Part shown: piece by piece, positions 13,703 through 17,117 of the stretch
Numbering within the stretch: the first letter of the stretch is position 1
Layout: the number at the start of each line of letters is the position of its first letter
DNA from: a virus
Taxonomy: Duplodnaviria > Heunggongvirae > Uroviricota > Caudoviricetes
DNA length: 17,117 nt
Virus record (IMG/VR): IMGVR_UViG_2548876945_000002
Strand: one strand, 5' to 3'
Notes under the pieces: model-generated
Databases searched by the model: none
Seen by the model: the letters and a program-made list of their open reading frames with translations, nothing else
What the model was told of the DNA's origin: nothing
Made by a program: the position numbers and the translations under genes

Positions 13703-14671
13703 ATGAGTGAAGTAACAGATTTAGTTGTTATTGAAAAAGCAAATGCAATGACTGTATTTCAGTCTGCCGACCAGATTGAAGAAATTCTCCAAAAGGTTGA
13801 ACGTGAAGTTATGTCCTTTGTGCCTGATATCACAACGGCAAAGGGCAGAAAGGAGATCGCTTCTCTGGCGTATAAAGTTGCGCAGACGAAAACATATCTC
13901 GATGGTCTTGGCAAAGACCTTGTTGCTGAACTGAAGGAAATTCCAAAGCTAATTGATGCCAACCGCAAAACAGTGCGCGATCGCCTTGATGAACTGAAAG
14001 CCAAGGCGCGCCAGCCTCTTACTGATTATGAGGAAGAACAGGCGCGGATTAAAGCCGAAGAAGAAGCTAAGGCAGCAGCTGAAGCTCTCGCAAAGCAAAT
14101 TGAGTCTGACCATGAAATAGCGATTTTGATGGATCGCGAATTTGACCGCCAAAGAGAAGAGGCAAGACTCAAAGCGGAGCAGGAAAAGCGAGAGCATGAA
14201 GAGCGCTTAAAAAGAGAAGCTGAAGAGAAAGCCAGAGCTGAAGCCGAAGCAAAGGCAAAAGCCGAAATTGAAGCAGCAGCAAGGCGAGAAGCAGAAGCTA
14301 AGGCAGCAGCGGAACGTGCAGAGCGTGAACGTATTGAAGCCGAGCAACGAGCACAGCGCGAAGCAAAAGAGGCAGCAGAACGAGCTGAAAGAGAAAAGCA
14401 GGCAGCGATTGAAGCAGAACGCAGAAAAGCACAGGAGGAGGCTGAACGAATCCGTCGCGAGGCTGAAGCAAAAGAGCAAGCCAGAATAGCAGAAGAAAAA
14501 AGAATCAAGGACGAAGAAGAGCGTAGAGCAAAGGATAAAGCTCACCGGAAAGAAGTAAATAACAAAATACTTGCTGACCTTATCAAGGTTGGAGCATCAG
14601 AAGATGTTGCTAAAAATATCATAACAGCCATCGTAAAAGGCGAAGTATTCGCAACAAAAATAACCTACTAA
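13703..14671 (+). CDS. Hypothetical protein with a long charged ER/K-rich alpha-helical (coiled-coil or single-helix) domain, about 322 aa
   Basis: Start ATG at 13703 with GGAGG 4 nt upstream. About 120-residue N-terminal domain, about 170 residues of EAEAKAKAE / REAEEKARAE-type repeats, then a short C-terminal segment. TolA-like in composition only. Confidence 0.7.
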   Translation: MSEVTDLVVIEKANAMTVFQSADQIEEILQKVEREVMSFVPDITTAKGRKEIASLAYKVAQTKTYLDGLGKDLVAELKEIPKLIDANRKTVRDRLDELKAKARQPLTDYEEEQARIKAEEEAKAAAEALAKQIESDHEIAILMDREFDRQREEARLKAEQEKREHEERLKREAEEKARAEAEAKAKAEIEAAARREAEAKAAAERAERERIEAEQRAQREAKEAAERAEREKQAAIEAERRKAQEEAERIRREAEAKEQARIAEEKRIKDEEERRAKDKAHRKEVNNKILADLIKVGASEDVAKNIITAIVKGEVFATKITY

Positions 14672-14695
14672 TAAAACCAACATAAGGAACCACCC

Positions 14696-14827
14696 ATGAT
14701 TTACGCAATCGCGGGAGGCGCTCGCATGGGTGCCTTCCAATTAAATGAATCTTTACTTGAACGAATCACCCGTAAATTACGTGACGGATGGAAAAGAGTT
14801 GAGGTCTTATTATGCGCAATGAAATAG
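14696..14827 (+). CDS. Small ORF (43 aa)
   Basis: MIYAIAGGARMGAFQLNESLLERITRKLRDGWKRVEVLLCAMK. AAGGAA 6 nt upstream of the ATG. First in a chain of overlapping small ORFs. Confidence 0.3.
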   Translation: MIYAIAGGARMGAFQLNESLLERITRKLRDGWKRVEVLLCAMK

Positions 14828-14964
14828 CCATCAATCACCAGATGCTTCGTGCTGCACAAAACAAAGCAGTAATAGCCAGATTTATTGGTGATTCAAAAAT
14901 GTGGCTTGAAGCAAATAAAGCGATGAAATCAGCTATCAACCTTCCGTGGTATCGCAGGAAATGA
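14812..14964 (+). CDS. Small ORF (50 aa)
   Basis: MRNEIAINHQMLRAAQNKAVIARFIGDSKMWLEANKAMKSAINLPWYRRK. GAGG 7 nt upstream. Its stop overlaps the next ATG as ATGA. Confidence 0.3.
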   Translation: MRNEIAINHQMLRAAQNKAVIARFIGDSKMWLEANKAMKSAINLPWYRRK

Positions 14965-15068
14965 GTTTTACAGATAACTGGTCAGACGAAGAATTCATTC
15001 GTCAGATGAACAAAATGCTCAATCAGCACAAAGAACAGGAGAAAGATGATGATTCTGACTCTGAATGA
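14961..15068 (+). CDS. Small acidic ORF (35 aa)
   Basis: MSFTDNWSDEEFIRQMNKMLNQHKEQEKDDDSDSE. Overlaps the start of the following 103-aa gene. Confidence 0.25.
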   Translation: MSFTDNWSDEEFIRQMNKMLNQHKEQEKDDDSDSE

Positions 15069-15357
15069 TAAGCGTGAAATATCGCAAATTATCGCAAGTT
15101 TTACTGATGAAGATTACGAACGAATCAACAGTGAAGTTGATCGCCTCTGCAAACGTTGCGACCCAATAAGCGAAATGCTTCGCTCATATAAACCAGATGA
15201 ACATACTAAGGATGCTATCGACTGGCTGGAAGATGATGATTGTAACTATCAGGAAAAAGCCGCTGAATGGTTCTGGGATGCAATAACCGAAAGAGTTAAG
15301 GCTGAATATGCCTTCGCAATATTCAAACGCAGACACATTTTTGGAGAAGCTGCATGA
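15046..15357 (+). CDS. Hypothetical protein (103 aa), translationally coupled to recT
   Basis: MMILTLNDKREISQIIASFTDEDYERINSEVDRLCKRCDPISEMLRSYKPDE.... AGGAGA upstream. Its stop overlaps the recT ATG as ATGA. Not recognised. Confidence 0.55.
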   Translation: MMILTLNDKREISQIIASFTDEDYERINSEVDRLCKRCDPISEMLRSYKPDEHTKDAIDWLEDDDCNYQEKAAEWFWDAITERVKAEYAFAIFKRRHIFGEAA

Positions 15358-16265
15358 GCAATATCGTTGAATTCGTTAAACAGCAAGAGCAGTTATTCTG
15401 CGGAGCATTGACTGAACAGACGGTGACATGGGCTAAGGAAAGCCAGTTTGCAATTCAGTATTTCCAGAAAAACGATTACCTGGCTAAAACGGCACTGGCA
15501 AATCCAACCAGCGCACAGAACGCCATCATCAATGTTGCGGCGATCGGCATCACCTTAAACCCGGCCAGCAAACTGGCTTATCTGGTTCCGCGCGACGGCA
15601 TGGTTTGCCTTGATATCAGTTATATGGGATTGCTCCATATTGCAATGGAGTCTGGTGTTATCTCATGGGGTCAGGCAAAACTTGTTCATGCTAACGATAC
15701 CTATGAGTCAAACGGGCTTGATAAAGCACCAACCCATAAATACAACGCCTTCGGTGATCGTGGTGATATCGTTGGCGTTTACTGCACAGTTAAGACGCCA
15801 GCAGGTGATTATCTAACGGAAGAGATGAGTCTGGCTGAAATTGAGGCTGTAAGGAAAACAAGCAAGGCAGCATTCAGCGATAAAGGACCATGGGTAAATC
15901 ACTGGAATGAGATGGCGCGAAAGACGGTCGTAAAGCGTGCAAGCAAGTATTGGCCTAAGGCATCACGTCTTGATAGTGCTATTCACGTACTAAACGAAGA
16001 AGAAGGTGTGTGGACTGAACCAGTTATGCCGCACAAATCAGAGGAAGATATCCGCGAAGATGAACGGAAACTCCAGCAGGAAATAATGGATAAAGTACAA
16101 CTTCTTTGCGATGAAATGGCTCAGGCAGAAAACATGGATGATTTGAAGCGATATTTTGCAGAAGCATATCGCCTAACATCTGGAATGAAATTACAGCAGA
16201 ACGTACAAGCCATTTACATAGAATGCAAAGCGAAACTGGAGGTTGCCAGTGAGCAAACTATATGA
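15354..16265 (+). CDS. recT: RecT-family single-strand annealing recombinase, 303 aa
   Basis: Segment GPWVNHWNEMARKTVVKRASKYWP matches E. coli RecT (GPWVTHWEEMAKKTAIRRLFKYLP as recalled), and the N-terminal half is alignable as well. Confidence 0.85.
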   Translation: MSNIVEFVKQQEQLFCGALTEQTVTWAKESQFAIQYFQKNDYLAKTALANPTSAQNAIINVAAIGITLNPASKLAYLVPRDGMVCLDISYMGLLHIAMESGVISWGQAKLVHANDTYESNGLDKAPTHKYNAFGDRGDIVGVYCTVKTPAGDYLTEEMSLAEIEAVRKTSKAAFSDKGPWVNHWNEMARKTVVKRASKYWPKASRLDSAIHVLNEEEGVWTEPVMPHKSEEDIREDERKLQQEIMDKVQLLCDEMAQAENMDDLKRYFAEAYRLTSGMKLQQNVQAIYIECKAKLEVASEQTI

Positions 16266-16731
16266 AATAGCCAATGAATACGCAAAATTGATGGATTCAG
16301 ATTTAGATCCAGAGATGATTGCTGACACAATAGAAGGCATGGAAGGAGAATTTACCGATAAAATAGAGCAACTTCTCGCCATTATTAAAAATGAATCTGG
16401 TTATGCTGAACGCCTCAAGGAAGAGGCAAAGTCGCTGAATGAGCGAGCCGCAGTAATTCAAAATAAGATTGACAGCATCAAATCATATATAGCGTCATCG
16501 CTTGAAATGGTTGGCAAGAAAAAGATTCGAGCAGGTATTCACCAGGTAACAATCCGCAAACCGTCAGAAATTGTAGAAATAATCGACTCAAGCGCCCTTC
16601 CTCCTGAATACGTTGAGTTTGAAACGACAATTAAAGCCAACAAACTGGCAATCAAACACCAACTAAAAGCAGGAATAAATATCCCAGGCGCTCAACTCAA
16701 GGTTGGGAAACCTTCACTTCTTATCAAATAA
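16249..16731 (+). CDS. Hypothetical protein, possibly siphovirus Gp157-family, about 160 aa
   Basis: Immediately downstream of and overlapping the recT 3' end. GTG at 16249 has GGAGG 6 nt upstream (ORF-track start is TTG at 16243). Coiled-coil N-terminus and KP-containing C-terminus resemble Gp157-family proteins often found next to recombinases. Family call is tentative. Confidence 0.45.
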   Translation: MSKLYEIANEYAKLMDSDLDPEMIADTIEGMEGEFTDKIEQLLAIIKNESGYAERLKEEAKSLNERAAVIQNKIDSIKSYIASSLEMVGKKKIRAGIHQVTIRKPSEIVEIIDSSALPPEYVEFETTIKANKLAIKHQLKAGINIPGAQLKVGKPSLLIK

Positions 16732-16742
16732 CGGTATCGCCT

Positions 16743-17057
16743 ATGAAAAAGACTCCTTGGGAGAAATGGGAAGTAGATTTCTTGCGCGAAGTAGCGGCAA
16801 CAATGCCAGTTGAAGTTATCGCTGAAAAACTGGAAAGGACTGAGAAAGCAGTAATGGCGAAAGCAACAAGGATTGGCGCTGACATTGTTAGCCGACTTCG
16901 TGGAAGACGCTGGACAAGAGCCGAAGTATCACTTTTCGGTAAGTTCTCCGCAGAAGAAATAGCAATTGCAACCTGCCGCTCAATTTATTCAGTAAGAGCT
17001 ATGCGATACAAGCTAAAAAAACTCGATGAAGAAAGAGAAGGCATACGAATAAATTAA
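16743..17057 (+). CDS. Hypothetical protein (104 aa) with two tandem W-containing HTH-like repeats
   Basis: Two internally similar segments, WEKWEVDFLREVAATMPVEVIAEKLERTEKAVMAKATRIG and WTRAEVSLFGKFSAEEIAIATCRSIYSVRAMRYKL, suggest a duplicated small DNA-binding module. Function unknown. Confidence 0.55.
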   Translation: MKKTPWEKWEVDFLREVAATMPVEVIAEKLERTEKAVMAKATRIGADIVSRLRGRRWTRAEVSLFGKFSAEEIAIATCRSIYSVRAMRYKLKKLDEEREGIRIN

Positions 17058-17074
17058 CAAAGAGGAATTTACCA

Positions 17075-17117
17075 TGAGAGGACTTGCATACAATCCCGGC
17101 ATTCTTCCGGCAGAAAT
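17075..17117 (+). CDS. 5' end of a further early-left gene (runs off the window)
   Basis: ATG at 17075 with AGAGGAA upstream; open to the window edge (MRGLAYNPGILPAE...). Confidence 0.35.

Noticed and set aside
14026-14545. Ser/Ala/Cys/Phe-rich minus-strand ORFs (160 and 112 aa)
   Set aside because: They are antisense translations of the repetitive GAA/GCA-rich DNA encoding the ER/K helical domain. The low-complexity composition is typical of spurious antisense frames.
1-17117. Integrase, attachment site, insertion sequence or transposase
   Set aside because: None found. The window appears to lie entirely within the regulatory, replication and early-lysis part of the phage genome.

Overview
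This window is a large piece of a mosaic lambdoid temperate phage or prophage (enterobacterial type), running from the early-left (pL) operon through the immunity region, the replication and nin regions, and Q into the start of the lysis cassette. The plus strand carries cI and the pL operon: a P22-type N antiterminator, a PAPS-reductase-like gene, a long ER/K coiled-coil protein, RecT and a possible Gp157-like protein. The minus strand carries cro, cII, an O-like initiator with internal iteron-like repeats, a TOPRIM/DnaB-like primase-helicase, ninB, an HNH endonuclease, a Dam-type methyltransferase, ninE, ninF, an Rha/Ant antirepressor, a YbcO-like protein, RusA, ninH, the NinI phosphatase, a 933W/82-type Q, then S holin, R endolysin and the start of Rz. 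No integrase, structural genes, tRNA, CRISPR array or toxin gene is visible. The best candidates for undescribed biology are the AT-rich two-gene cassette between cI and pL (the slot lambda uses for rexAB), the AT-rich PAPS-reductase-like gene in the pL operon, and the HNH endonuclease sitting at a mosaic joint in ninB. All homology calls come from reading the translations and recalling known phage proteins; no database search was run, so family assignments need confirmation.
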